Below are positions 11,037 to 20,704 of a stretch of 64,000 nucleotides of DNA, piece after piece. The DNA is from Bdellovibrionota bacterium FG-1 (GTDB lineage: Bacteria > Bdellovibrionota > UBA1018). Made by a program: the position numbers and the translations under genes. The stretch lies in contig JBBCAW010000005.1 of assembly GCA_051382295.1 (NCBI GenBank), positions 62,367 to 126,366 of the forward strand, given 5' to 3'. Below the pieces are notes generated by a model. The model made no database searches, had not been told where the DNA came from, and worked only from the letters and a program-made list of their open reading frames with translations. Numbering within the stretch: the first letter of the stretch is position 1; each line of letters begins with the position of its first letter.

Positions 11037-11333
11037 AGAACGGGATTACTTAAAATCCAGGCCGAGGCGTACTGCTTCCTACAAAGTGCGAACTATCTCG
11101 CTAGTGAGAGCTGCCACGTCGACCGATGCGGCAAGAGCAAGGCGTCGAAACGCCTCTCCGAATGGGGTACCCAGGTTGGGGCACCAGCCTTCAGTTTTTG
11201 CCGCGACCTTGGCGGCCAGGGAATGATCGCCGAATATTGGAATGGCATCCAATGGAAAGACAGCGATCTGTGCTTCTTTGGCGACCATAGATTCGTCGCG
11301 ATGAGTTGGCTTCTTAAGGAGAGATCGCCATAG
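11013..11333 (+). CDS. Small Cys-rich hypothetical protein, probably N-terminally truncated
   Basis: 3' part of ORF 10527-11333 reads as protein-like (GAPAFSFCRDLGG...WKDSDLCFFGD); its 5' part is only antisense to the C1 fragment. Confidence 0.4.
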   Translation: MVHIIRYQRTGLLKIQAEAYCFLQSANYLASESCHVDRCGKSKASKRLSEWGTQVGAPAFSFCRDLGGQGMIAEYWNGIQWKDSDLCFFGDHRFVAMSWLLKERSP

Positions 11334-11368
11334 GAGCCGATCGAAGCCCCTGCGATCATTCCCCGCTT

Positions 11369-12532
11369 TTACTTCCGCCGAGGCTTGATCGTTGGACCGT
11401 CCGAAACCGGACGGGGTCCCCTGGAAAGAGGACGAGGCCCACCCGAGAATGGTCGAGGTCCCCCTGAAACCGGACGAGGCCGTGAGTCGCCAAATGAGCC
11501 TCTCGGTGAGGGCTTTGAAAACTTTGAAGGGCGACTGCCTGGTCGACTAGGACGATCACTTCGCTCAGGTCGGTCTGCGCGCATTGGGCGACTATCGGAG
11601 CGCATTGGACGATCAGAACGTACAGGGCGATCAAATTTTGCGAAGTGAGCGGCTCTCTTCACCGGCTTCAGTAGAGGTGCGACGGCGGGGCGAGGGCGGG
11701 TTTTAGTATCGGCATCTTTTGACTCATCTGAGTCATCTGATTCATGCGATTCATGTATTTTACGCTGCCCTTTAGGCTTTTCTGACTCTTCTTCGTGGGC
11801 GAGGCGTTTTAGGCCCAGATCAGGGTGTTCGAGGATGGCATGAACCTGAGAAGCTTTGAGAAGGCGAAAGTGTCCAGGTGCCAAGCCATGAAGTGTTAAA
11901 TGGCCGATGGCAGTGCGGGTGATTTTGTCGACCAAAAAGCCCTTCATTTCTAACATCGCTTTGATGTCGACGGCGCCACCACCGAGCATGACGATATCGA
12001 GTTGCGATTTGTTTTCGAGTTCGCGCACAATCCGGACGGAGTGGGGTTTGACCATCCGATTTTCAATTTTAGCACCTTTTTCGAGGCGTTTGACCATATC
12101 GTCCGTGGGATGGCCTTTGACTTTGATGCGGTAAACGCGAGGAACATCGTCACGACGCTGAAGTTTTTCGGCAAAATCTCCGTCATTCGTTAACAGAATG
12201 AGGCCTTCGCTCATGAAGTCCAAGCGGCCGATCGGAAACAGACGATGGTTCAGTTTTTTGACATAATCCGAAAGCGTGGGACGGCTGTCGGTATCGACCA
12301 TCATCGAGATTACGGCTTTGGGCTTGTAAAAAGCGTAGTAGACCGGCGCTTCCACTCCTTGAAGGAGTTTGCCTTTGACCTTGATGGCATCCTCGCCAAT
12401 CGTGGCTTTGTCGCCTAGTTTGGCAACTTTACCATTGACCGTGACGAGTCCTTCTTCGATGAATTCTTCAGCCTTGCGGCGAGATGCGACTCCAGCCTTG
12501 GCTAGGATTTTCTGCAAGCGTTCTTGTGCCAT
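11369..12532 (-). CDS. rluB: RluB/RsuA-family pseudouridine synthase with S4 domain and long Arg/Pro/Ser-rich tail
   Basis: ERLQKILAKAGVASRR, GRLDFMSEGLILLTNDG; adjacent to scpAB. Confidence 0.88.
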   Translation of the reverse strand: MAQERLQKILAKAGVASRRKAEEFIEEGLVTVNGKVAKLGDKATIGEDAIKVKGKLLQGVEAPVYYAFYKPKAVISMMVDTDSRPTLSDYVKKLNHRLFPIGRLDFMSEGLILLTNDGDFAEKLQRRDDVPRVYRIKVKGHPTDDMVKRLEKGAKIENRMVKPHSVRIVRELENKSQLDIVMLGGGAVDIKAMLEMKGFLVDKITRTAIGHLTLHGLAPGHFRLLKASQVHAILEHPDLGLKRLAHEEESEKPKGQRKIHESHESDDSDESKDADTKTRPRPAVAPLLKPVKRAAHFAKFDRPVRSDRPMRSDSRPMRADRPERSDRPSRPGSRPSKFSKPSPRGSFGDSRPRPVSGGPRPFSGGPRPLSRGPRPVSDGPTIKPRRK

Positions 12533-12608
12533 AATGAGGGGGGCTATTAGCACCCTGCAATATAAAAAGCGAGAGAGAATCTTGATTAAAACTGTTTATC
12601 TAAGGATA

Positions 12609-13934
12609 TCAGCTCTGTTCAGTAGCTAACTCGGTAGGAATGTCGAGTGGCGCAATTTCGCCTGAGGCGATCCGAGCGGCTTGTTCTTTGGCCGCTTTTT
12701 CGAGGGTTTTTTGCTCCTCAAGATAAGGGGTCGAAGTGGGGATGGCTTTGACCCGTTCCCGAATTTCCTGAAGGATAATCTCATCCTCGCGAGGATCGTA
12801 GAGCAGTGAGGTGCTGGTGTCGGCTTTCATCTGGCCTACGAGGCGGCGCATTTCCTTGACTCGAGGGTCTTCATCCTCTGGGTTTTTGCTCTGGGATTGA
12901 GGAACCATCTGCTCAAGTTCTCGAAGCGGAGGCATCGAGGTGAGGTCCTTGAGGCCAAAGAGTTCCAAAAAGTGGTCAGCGGTTGAGTAAAGCATGGGTC
13001 GACCGGGAAGTTCTGAGCGCCCTGAAATGGCGATCAACTTTCGATCCAGCAAGCCGCGCACGAAATAAGAAGAGTCGACGCCGCGAATTTTATCGATTTC
13101 TTCTTTAAGGACGGGTTGCCGATACGCAATAATGGCCAAGGTTTCCATGCCACCGCTGGAAAGCCGCTGGGTTTGAACACGGGCCAATTTTTTTGCGAGG
13201 GCCGCGCGTCCGGGTTTGGTTCGAAGTTGCCAGCCCTGTCCGACTTCGACCAGCTCAATGCCGTGGCTTGGTGAGGAGTAGCGTGCCTGGAGCGCCTGGA
13301 GGGCGTTTTCAAATAGTTCTTGTTGAAATGTGGGACCGAGCCATTCTTGAAGTTTTTTGGCTGAAACCGGCTTGTCCATCATAAAAAGCAAGGTTTCGAT
13401 GCAGGATTGAAGTTCTGAAAGATCGAGATTTCCATCCACGTCCACTTGAGGTTCTTGAGGAAGAGCGGCGAGCAGTTCAGGATCGAGCTCAAGCGCTTTT
13501 TCGGCTTCGGCTTGTTCTTGGGCCATGAGGGCGCTCAGGGCTTGGTCTTCGGCGATTTGGGCAGCGAGTTCTACCGCCTGCTCTTCCGCGGTTTGGGCTT
13601 GGGCCTCGCGAGCGGCGGTTTCGATTTTAGCGGTTTCCTGTTCCATCGCCCGAGCGAGGTGTTCGAGTGTTGAGTCGTCGAGCTCTTCAAACTCGTCGGC
13701 ATCGTTCAAGTCGAGTTCGTCGGCGATCTGTTGGGCTTCGGCAATTTCGATGGTTTTAATGCCAAATGGATCATCGATGAAAGCGACATAGTCGTTGCCA
13801 CCCTCGGGGTTCAAAGGGGAGATTGCGGGAGAAATCTCCGCAAATGCCGAAGTTTCAGCGTCAGGGCACCATTCTGAAGCGGCGTCTGAAAGCAAGGAGG
13901 CAGGGTCTTGAACGGGGATTTCTTTTTCACTCAT
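12609..13934 (-). CDS. scpB: SMC-Scp complex subunit ScpB with acidic N-terminal extension
   Basis: ETLAIIAYRQPV...IRGVDS, GRPMLYST..FLELFGL. Confidence 0.93.
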   Translation of the reverse strand: MSEKEIPVQDPASLLSDAASEWCPDAETSAFAEISPAISPLNPEGGNDYVAFIDDPFGIKTIEIAEAQQIADELDLNDADEFEELDDSTLEHLARAMEQETAKIETAAREAQAQTAEEQAVELAAQIAEDQALSALMAQEQAEAEKALELDPELLAALPQEPQVDVDGNLDLSELQSCIETLLFMMDKPVSAKKLQEWLGPTFQQELFENALQALQARYSSPSHGIELVEVGQGWQLRTKPGRAALAKKLARVQTQRLSSGGMETLAIIAYRQPVLKEEIDKIRGVDSSYFVRGLLDRKLIAISGRSELPGRPMLYSTADHFLELFGLKDLTSMPPLRELEQMVPQSQSKNPEDEDPRVKEMRRLVGQMKADTSTSLLYDPREDEIILQEIRERVKAIPTSTPYLEEQKTLEKAAKEQAARIASGEIAPLDIPTELATEQS

Positions 13935-14800
13935 AAACTTTGTTCGACCTCAAGAGGGTGAGCGATTGAAGGGTGGAGGAGTTCGAGTGCATCGGCGGCG
14001 TGGGCGGCTTGAACCTCGGCTTCTGCTTTGGCAATCGGGCTGTCAAAGCCACGCGCGAGATTCATATCGAACCCTCGCAGGGATTCTAGAAGTTCCAGCA
14101 AAATTTCCTGATAGTGCCCTTCTTGGTGAAGTCGCATTTTTCGGAGTCGCGATAATTCAAGCGAGGCAAGAAAGGTGACCACGATCTCAGGTTTTTCAGC
14201 CAAAGGCGACAGGATCTCTTTGAAGTTTTTGGGAATGCCTATTTCGAGGCGGTCTGAAAATTCAAAGATTTTATCAGTCAAAGAAACGGTTTCTTTTTTC
14301 AGAATAGTCGTTCGCTTCCGGGCGCGAACGAGCGTGTCTTGAAAGCTGAGCGCCAAGGTGCTGATGTCCAGCTCTTTCCAGGTTTTTTCAATCGGCGGCT
14401 TACGATTGGGACGGCAGAAGACGTCTTCGCCAAGCATCGGAACTTGAGCGAGGTCCTGGCCAGCGGCGAGAAACCGCTGATGCTCCAAGAGTTGGCGCAT
14501 GAGCTCTTCGGGAGTCATGGCGCTATCGTCATCAGACAAAAGATCGATCGGCTTGGCTTCTTGAGGAAGTAAGGCCTTGCTCTTCCAGTGTAAAAGAGTG
14601 GCCGCCATGATCAAAAACTCACTGGCAATATCAAAGTTGAGTTCTTGCATGAGGCGGACGTAGGCGACAAACTGTTCCGTGAGCGCGCCAATGGAAATGC
14701 GGTTGATATCCATTTCGTGGCTCTGAATGAGATAAAGGAGTAGATCGAGCGGTCCTTCAAAACTATCGAGCTGAACGGTGATTGCGACGCGGTTGGCCAA
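13931..14800 (-). CDS. scpA: Segregation/condensation protein ScpA
   Basis: FEGPLDLLLYLI, ASEFLIMAATL, VVTFLASLEL. Confidence 0.95.
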   Translation of the reverse strand: MANRVAITVQLDSFEGPLDLLLYLIQSHEMDINRISIGALTEQFVAYVRLMQELNFDIASEFLIMAATLLHWKSKALLPQEAKPIDLLSDDDSAMTPEELMRQLLEHQRFLAAGQDLAQVPMLGEDVFCRPNRKPPIEKTWKELDISTLALSFQDTLVRARKRTTILKKETVSLTDKIFEFSDRLEIGIPKNFKEILSPLAEKPEIVVTFLASLELSRLRKMRLHQEGHYQEILLELLESLRGFDMNLARGFDSPIAKAEAEVQAAHAADALELLHPSIAHPLEVEQSL

Positions 14801-14916
14801 TGTACTAGAGTCTCCTTCTGTGTTGGGCCATCATAGCGAAGCATCTTGATAAGGCAAGGTGGCGGGGAAAAAAATGTGAGCGGACAGCTCCGGCGTCGGT
14901 GTTGCGGTGCGGTAAT

Positions 14917-15924
14917 CTAACGGTATCTTCCCGGTAAAAGTCCAATCCGGTCGTAAACCACTGCCAGCGTCTTGCGCGCCTTCTCCCTCGCGCGCTCCGC
15001 GCCTTGATGTAAAACCGCATCGAGCTGCGCTTTATCTTGCATGAGGTCTTCCACTTTTTGTCGGAGGGGACTCACTGACGCAATCACGAGTTCAGCCGTG
15101 TCGACTTTGAGATGGCCGTATTGTTTGCCAGCATATTCGCCCACCAAAGTCTCAACCGTCTTGCCGGTCAGAGCGGATTGAATCGAAAGTAAATTGCTGA
15201 CTCCGGGCTGGGCTTCTTCGGCATAGCGAATTTCGGAACCCGAATCCGTGATCGCGCGTTTGAATTTTTTTCGAATCAGCGCGTCCGTATCATCCAGAAA
15301 AATCGTGGCGTTCAAATCTGGATCCGACTTGGACATCTTCTGGGTCGGAACTTGAAGACTCATGATTCGCGCGCCCACGGGTGGAATAAATACATCTGGC
15401 ACCGTAAAGAGATCTTCGCCATAAAGATTGATCATGCGAAGCGCGACGTCGCGCGTGATCTCGACATGTTGCTTTTGGTCTTCGCCGACGGGCACAAGAT
15501 CCGTGCGGTAGAGCAAAATATCGGCCGCCATGAGCGCGGGATAGACAAAAAGACCGGCACCGATATTGGTGCCTTGTTTCGCACTTTTGTCTTTGTATTG
15601 AGTCATACGGCCGAGTTCACCCATGTAGGTGTGGCAGGTGAGGATCCACGCGAGTTCAACATGCTCGGGAACATGGGATTGCACAAAGAGCGTGGCTTTT
15701 TGCGGGTCAATGCCCGCGGCGATATAGGTGGCAATCGTGCGATAAGTTCGCTCGCGCAGGGCTGCGGGATCCTCTTGCCGCGCGGTGATCGTATGAAGGT
15801 CGACTGCAAAAAAGAGGCAGTTGTAATCGTCTTGGAGATGAACCCAGTTTTTAATCGCGCCTAGATAATTGCCTAAGGTGAGACTTTTGGAGGGCTGAAC
15901 CGCGGAGAGCATGGTTTTTTTCAC
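14917..15924 (-). CDS. trpS: Tryptophan--tRNA ligase
   Basis: QPS...TLGNYLGA, VPVGEDQKQH, KMSKS; GTG start overlaps the upstream stop. Confidence 0.97.
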   Translation of the reverse strand: MKKTMLSAVQPSKSLTLGNYLGAIKNWVHLQDDYNCLFFAVDLHTITARQEDPAALRERTYRTIATYIAAGIDPQKATLFVQSHVPEHVELAWILTCHTYMGELGRMTQYKDKSAKQGTNIGAGLFVYPALMAADILLYRTDLVPVGEDQKQHVEITRDVALRMINLYGEDLFTVPDVFIPPVGARIMSLQVPTQKMSKSDPDLNATIFLDDTDALIRKKFKRAITDSGSEIRYAEEAQPGVSNLLSIQSALTGKTVETLVGEYAGKQYGHLKVDTAELVIASVSPLRQKVEDLMQDKAQLDAVLHQGAERAREKARKTLAVVYDRIGLLPGRYR

Positions 15925-16607
15925 GAGAAAATTCCAGGAAGCTGAAACAGCTTGGCCATTAAATAGAGCGTCAAATTCGAACAAAACTGAATCGGATAAC
16001 TGAGCACTGAAAGCCCACCCGTGAGCAGGAGTGCCATCAAAATGAAGAAGCTATACTTGGAAATCTGTTCGTATTTTATGGATAGGCGCGCTGGCAAAAT
16101 CGATTCAATGATTTTGCTGCCATCCAGCGGCGGAAGTGGAATTAAATTGAAAACCGCGAGCGCATAGTTGAGCGTGACCGAAACATAGGCCATCGCTTCG
16201 AGAGGTTCGCGAAGATAAAAACCTTCGGGCATCCAACGAGCGACTGCGCAAAAAAGCACCGAGGATATCAGCGCGAGCAGGAAGTTCATGCCCGGGCCCG
16301 CTAAGGCGACCCAGAATAAGCCGGGCCGATATTTGCGAAAGCGTCTCGGATTAATCGGGACGGGGCGCGCCCACCCAATGAGAAAGGGCGTGCTCGCTAG
16401 CATATTGATCAGAGGAAAAATCAACGTTCCGAGCGGGTCAATGTGAGGAAGCGGGTTAAGCGTGAGGCGGCCTTGTTCTTCCGCAGTTTTGTCGCCCCAG
16501 CGTTTGGCAATCCAGCCGTGGGCGTATTCATGAAAAATGACCGCCAGAATAAACGGCGGAAATTGGATCGATAGTCTTTGAATGCCTTGCGACAGCGATA
16601 AATCCAT
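15921..16607 (-). CDS. Site-2 protease family (M50) membrane metallopeptidase
   Basis: HEYAHG, AGPGMN, NLIPLPPLDG. Confidence 0.93.
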   Translation of the reverse strand: MDLSLSQGIQRLSIQFPPFILAVIFHEYAHGWIAKRWGDKTAEEQGRLTLNPLPHIDPLGTLIFPLINMLASTPFLIGWARPVPINPRRFRKYRPGLFWVALAGPGMNFLLALISSVLFCAVARWMPEGFYLREPLEAMAYVSVTLNYALAVFNLIPLPPLDGSKIIESILPARLSIKYEQISKYSFFILMALLLTGGLSVLSYPIQFCSNLTLYLMAKLFQLPGIFS

Positions 16608-16639
16608 TCGCGAAGCCTAGCATGGAGAAAGGGGTGGGC

Positions 16640-17572
16640 TCAACCCCGAGGATGAAACTTCCGGTGGGCGGTTTTGAGATGCTCGGGGCTGATATGAGTA
16701 TAGATTTGGGTGGTCGATAAGTCAGAGTGCCCCAGGAGCATTTGGAGCGAACGCAGATTCATGCCTGCGCCTAAAAGATGGGTGGCGAAGGAATGGCGCA
16801 AAGTGTGAGGAGAGAGAGAAGAAGGAATTCCTGCTAACAATGCAAGTTCTTTAAGGATTTTCCAAAAACTCTGACGCGTAAGGACCAGCCCTCGGTGATT
16901 CACAAAAAGATGATCCGTTCGCGGGTTGAGCGCAAGTCGATGGGTTTGGAGATAGTCCCGAAGAAAATGAGCCGCCACCGGTGCAAAGGGCACAATCCGC
17001 TCTTTGTCACCCTTACCTCGGATTCGGACATACGCCGCTTTTAAATCCAACTCATGAGTGGTGAGCCCGACCAACTCTGAAACCCGGAGCCCGGTGGCAT
17101 ACAGGAGGTATACCATGGCGCAGTCTCGGGCGCGAAGTCGCTCTCCGATGCGGGAGGACTGGGGATAGGGGAGGCCTTGTTCGGCTGCGCCGAGGAGCTC
17201 GGTGATTTGCGCCACGGTGAGATAGCCGGGAAGCGCGTGATTTTTTTGGGGGCTGCGAAGCTGCTCGGCCGGATTGATGACGAGCCCTCGTTCTAAGCAA
17301 CAGAATTTGAAAAATTGTCGAAGGGTACTGGTTTTTCGCGCTATCGAGGTCGCCTTTTGTCCTTCTTCGTGAAGGGCAATGAGGTAACTGAAAAGATCTT
17401 CGGAGTGGATTTGGGTGATTTGTTTTTTTGGGACCGCGGCCGAAAACTGCTCCAGGTCGCGGCGGTAGGCTTCGACGGTGTTATCGGAGGAGCCACGGTC
17501 GACTCGGCACGATTCGACAAATGCATGAATTTCAGGTTGAAGTGCGGGAGGAAGCCGATCATCCGAGGGCAT
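16640..17572 (-). CDS. xerD: Tyrosine recombinase XerD-like
   Basis: YATGLRVSEL, GKGDKER, HTLRHSFATH, LGHSDLSTTQIY; TAAGGAG SD. Confidence 0.88.
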   Translation of the reverse strand: MPSDDRLPPALQPEIHAFVESCRVDRGSSDNTVEAYRRDLEQFSAAVPKKQITQIHSEDLFSYLIALHEEGQKATSIARKTSTLRQFFKFCCLERGLVINPAEQLRSPQKNHALPGYLTVAQITELLGAAEQGLPYPQSSRIGERLRARDCAMVYLLYATGLRVSELVGLTTHELDLKAAYVRIRGKGDKERIVPFAPVAAHFLRDYLQTHRLALNPRTDHLFVNHRGLVLTRQSFWKILKELALLAGIPSSLSPHTLRHSFATHLLGAGMNLRSLQMLLGHSDLSTTQIYTHISPEHLKTAHRKFHPRG

Positions 17573-17591
17573 GCTCCTTATTTTACGACAC

Positions 17592-17640
17592 AAAAGCAAA
17601 AAGGCCCTCACCGTTTTCTGGGTGAGAGCCTTTTTGTTTG
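17592..17640 (-). terminator. Intrinsic terminator hairpin, possibly bidirectional
   Basis: AAAAAGGCCCTCACC-GTTTTCTG-GGTGAGAGCCTTTTT with A/T tracts on both sides. Confidence 0.75.
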
Positions 17641-17866
17641 AACGGGTCAGACTTTAAGATCCCCGAGAGGAGGAGAAGAGACCTTCTCAATCACTCGTGC
17701 CGACTGGGTGCTTCGACTTTTGTGCTACTTCGTTTGCTCTTTTTGACGTGGGCGGCGTCTTCGCTCAACTGAACTGGCCCCAACATGAGTTTCTGCTATC
17801 ACGGGTGCTTGTACCGTCGCTTGCACTTGCATTCGTCACTCGATACCCGCTTCGGATGGACTTAGC

Positions 17867-18613
17867 TTAAAAGTCCAAGGCTAGGCCATGCTGTTGGCCG
17901 TTGACGAAGAAGTAAATCGAGCCCAGATACAGCCACTGCGAACTGATCGTGTGCTGTAAGTCGAGGGCCAAGCCGCTGACACAAGTTTGACCTGTGGGGG
18001 CAGCTTGAGGATAAGCTTGAGGATAGCCTGGAATTTGTCCGGGCATCGGAAAGCCAGTCATGGGCATGCCAGTACTTCCAGCAGCGATTTGGATCAGCAT
18101 CTGTTGAATCTGTGTGCTGAGCTGAATCATGCCGGAGGCGTTGACGTTGCCAACACCCATACCCATGCCAGTCCCCATCGGGTTATAGGAATAACCAGGA
18201 ATGGGTGGAGCCGCTCCGGGGACCGCAGCTCCCGTGGATTGAAGGTCCATGGTGATGCTCGTTCCATCGACCCGTTGGCCGCGAAACTGTGAGCCAGGGG
18301 TCGCTGCTACTGGAGCAGCACCTCCGACCAGAACCGTTCCAAAAGCTTGTTGATACGGAATCGCACCTGCTTTGACACGAGCTTGGTCAAAGTACATCCC
18401 GGTGATCGTAAAAGGGATCATCGTGGTGGCATTGAGCGGTACGCATCCCGTTGCTGCTGCAAGCGGGGCGGGTAGCGCCGGGGCGATCGGTGCGGGCACC
18501 GCCGAAGGCGGGGCCGTATTATCAGGACTCTTGCCGCAACCTGTCAGCAGGGCAAGGCTGGAGACTACAAGCGCAGTCGCTGCAATCTTCCGGGGGTTTA
18601 ACTTTCTTTTCAT
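17867..18613 (-). CDS. Pro/Gly-rich putative lipoprotein
   Basis: Basic N-terminus, hydrophobic core, LLTGC lipobox; GGAGG SD. Confidence 0.8.
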   Translation of the reverse strand: MKRKLNPRKIAATALVVSSLALLTGCGKSPDNTAPPSAVPAPIAPALPAPLAAATGCVPLNATTMIPFTITGMYFDQARVKAGAIPYQQAFGTVLVGGAAPVAATPGSQFRGQRVDGTSITMDLQSTGAAVPGAAPPIPGYSYNPMGTGMGMGVGNVNASGMIQLSTQIQQMLIQIAAGSTGMPMTGFPMPGQIPGYPQAYPQAAPTGQTCVSGLALDLQHTISSQWLYLGSIYFFVNGQQHGLALDF

Positions 18614-18667
18614 AACTCCTCCACTACATCTACATTCAACTATTGTGTTCTCTCAGAGGCTAGTATG

Positions 18668-18684
18668 AGCAAGAGGGATGCCAG
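18668..18684 (-). promoter_or_regulatory. sigma54 promoter of the lipoprotein gene
   Basis: Minus strand CTGGCATCCCTCTTGCT, ~55 nt upstream of ATG, with AT-rich region further upstream. Confidence 0.75.
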
Positions 18685-18773
18685 CATGCGTCAAAATCGA
18701 CATATCGACTTAATTACATGAATTTGTTGGATAATATATATTGAGTGGAGTTTTGGGATCTCGGTCTAAAGTG

Positions 18774-19622
18774 TCAATTAACTTTACACCTGCTCAGCGC
18801 TGTAGCTGCTGAAGGGGTACCTTTCGTGGTTTTGAACTGCAAAATGGCTCGGGCAATGGCGATACTCATGGTGCGACGTCCACGCAGCGAGAGCACGAGC
18901 GCTCGGTCATGAGAGTTCGACAAAAACCCCGCTTCTAATAGGACGCTGGGCATGTCCGCACCTAAGAGGACATGAAAGAGGGCTTGTTTGACGCCCCTGC
19001 TCCGATGTTGGCTGATGGTGAGGTTGCTCTGAATCGAGCAGGCGAGGCGTTTACTTTCGGAAAGGTTACCGTCAAGTCGGAGGTCGCGCAAAATCAGGGC
19101 GACATCGGCTTGTGCGGGGGTCTCGATGCCTTCGTGAGAAATGACTGTGTTTTCGAGGTGTGCGAGCCGGCGCGAGGACGCATCGGTGGCATTGTTGAGG
19201 ATATAGGTTTCGATGCCCTCGGCATCATGAGTGCCTAGGATTTGCGTTGAATTCATGTGAATGGAAAGAAAGAGATCGGCCCCCAAGCGATTGGCAAGCC
19301 CAGTGCGAGCCCCAAGGGGGATGTCCCGGTCATCTTGGCGGGTCAGGGTGGCTTCGATGCCTCGCGATTTTAGTTCCTGAGCGACTCCTTTGGCGAGTAG
19401 CAACGTGGCTTCTTTTTCGGCAATTCGAATGACTTGGTTGTCAAAAATGGTTCCGTAGTCGGTGCCGCCATGGCCGGGGTCGATGACTACCTTAAAAGGA
19501 TGACGGCCCGCCCCCGGGGCGGCGGAGGTGAAATTGCTGGCCAATCCCGCCCACAGGAGATTGAACAAAATGAAGAAGCCTATCCTTCGCATGCGGCCCT
19601 TTGAGGTTTTGACTATGAGCAT
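18774..19622 (-). CDS. N-acetylmuramoyl-L-alanine amidase (Amidase_3)
   Basis: IDPGHGG.D.G, EK, LSIHMN, PSVLLEAGFLSN. Confidence 0.93.
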   Translation of the reverse strand: MLIVKTSKGRMRRIGFFILFNLLWAGLASNFTSAAPGAGRHPFKVVIDPGHGGTDYGTIFDNQVIRIAEKEATLLLAKGVAQELKSRGIEATLTRQDDRDIPLGARTGLANRLGADLFLSIHMNSTQILGTHDAEGIETYILNNATDASSRRLAHLENTVISHEGIETPAQADVALILRDLRLDGNLSESKRLACSIQSNLTISQHRSRGVKQALFHVLLGADMPSVLLEAGFLSNSHDRALVLSLRGRRTMSIAIARAILQFKTTKGTPSAATALSRCKVN

Positions 19623-19663
19623 CCCAGATGACTCCTCCTCTATGGTATGAGAAGACGTGCCCA

Positions 19664-20704
19664 ATGGGCAAGAAAGCTAGCGTGAAATCCTTAACCGAAT
19701 GGTTCGAAAAGACCCATCGAGTATTGCCGTGGCGTGACCAACCCACGCTTTATCGCGTGTGGATTTCTGAAATCATGCTCCAACAGACGCAGGTGGTGAC
19801 CGTGATTCCCTATTTTGAGCGGTTTTTGAACCGATTTCCTACCGTGGAAATTTTGGCGCAAGCTTCTGAGCAAGAGGTGCTGCTTTATTGGGCTGGCTTG
19901 GGTTACTATTCACGGGCTCGTAATTTACAGCGGGCGGCCCGTCAAATTGTAAGCCAAGGGGCCTTTCCCCAGACTCGCGACGGTTGGTTGGAGGTGCCAG
20001 GCGTGGGACCCTACACAGCAGGGGCGATCCTCTCCATCGCGTTAGACCAGCCGGAGTCGATCTTAGATGGAAATGTCGAACGCGTGCTGGCGCGGGTAAA
20101 GCGCGTCGGGCGACAGGGCGGGGATGCGGTTTATAAACAAAATCTATGGAAACTGTCGGGTCAGTGGGTCACCACGGCCTACACCCATGGTTTTCGTCCG
20201 AGTGTCATCAATCAAGCGTTGATGGAACTCGGGGCAACCGTGTGTTTGTCTCGTCAGCCACTTTGCGGTGTTTGCCCGTTGAAAATTCGGTGTGAGGCGC
20301 GGGCCTTTGATGAGGTTGCCCTCTATCCTCCTCGAAAAAAGCCCAAGGATTGGATTGAAGTTCAAGAGAAGGTGCATTGTCTCGTTGACGCGCAAGAGCG
20401 GGTACTTTTGCGAAGGCGCAAAAAGGGGGAGTGGCGCGAGGGGCTTTGGGATTTTTTGGATGAAAAACCACGTGGTAAAATCAAAAAGGTAGGTCAGATC
20501 GAAACCCATCATATCGTTACGCGCCACAAAATTACTCGAATGACGCAAGTTTGGCAGTGGTGCGCTGCTGAGGTGGACATTCTTGTGGACGAAAGTCAGC
20601 GCTGGGTTTCTATTGAAAAGCCTGAGGTACCAGTGGGCTCTGCGCTGAAGCGTACGATGCAGGGGATTCGAGAACGGTTCGAGTTGGAAATATCGTCTTC
20701 ATGA
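19664..20704 (+). CDS. mutY: A/G-specific adenine glycosylase MutY
   Basis: WISEIMLQQT, GLGYYSRARN, PGVGPYTA, CX6CX2CX5C Fe-S motif. Confidence 0.95.
   Translation: MGKKASVKSLTEWFEKTHRVLPWRDQPTLYRVWISEIMLQQTQVVTVIPYFERFLNRFPTVEILAQASEQEVLLYWAGLGYYSRARNLQRAARQIVSQGAFPQTRDGWLEVPGVGPYTAGAILSIALDQPESILDGNVERVLARVKRVGRQGGDAVYKQNLWKLSGQWVTTAYTHGFRPSVINQALMELGATVCLSRQPLCGVCPLKIRCEARAFDEVALYPPRKKPKDWIEVQEKVHCLVDAQERVLLRRRKKGEWREGLWDFLDEKPRGKIKKVGQIETHHIVTRHKITRMTQVWQWCAAEVDILVDESQRWVSIEKPEVPVGSALKRTMQGIRERFELEISSS

Noticed and set aside
16640..17572. Tyrosine recombinase as a prophage or island integrase
   Set aside because: XerD-like size and motifs in the xerD-M50-trpS-scpAB-rluB housekeeping context; no att sites or phage genes.
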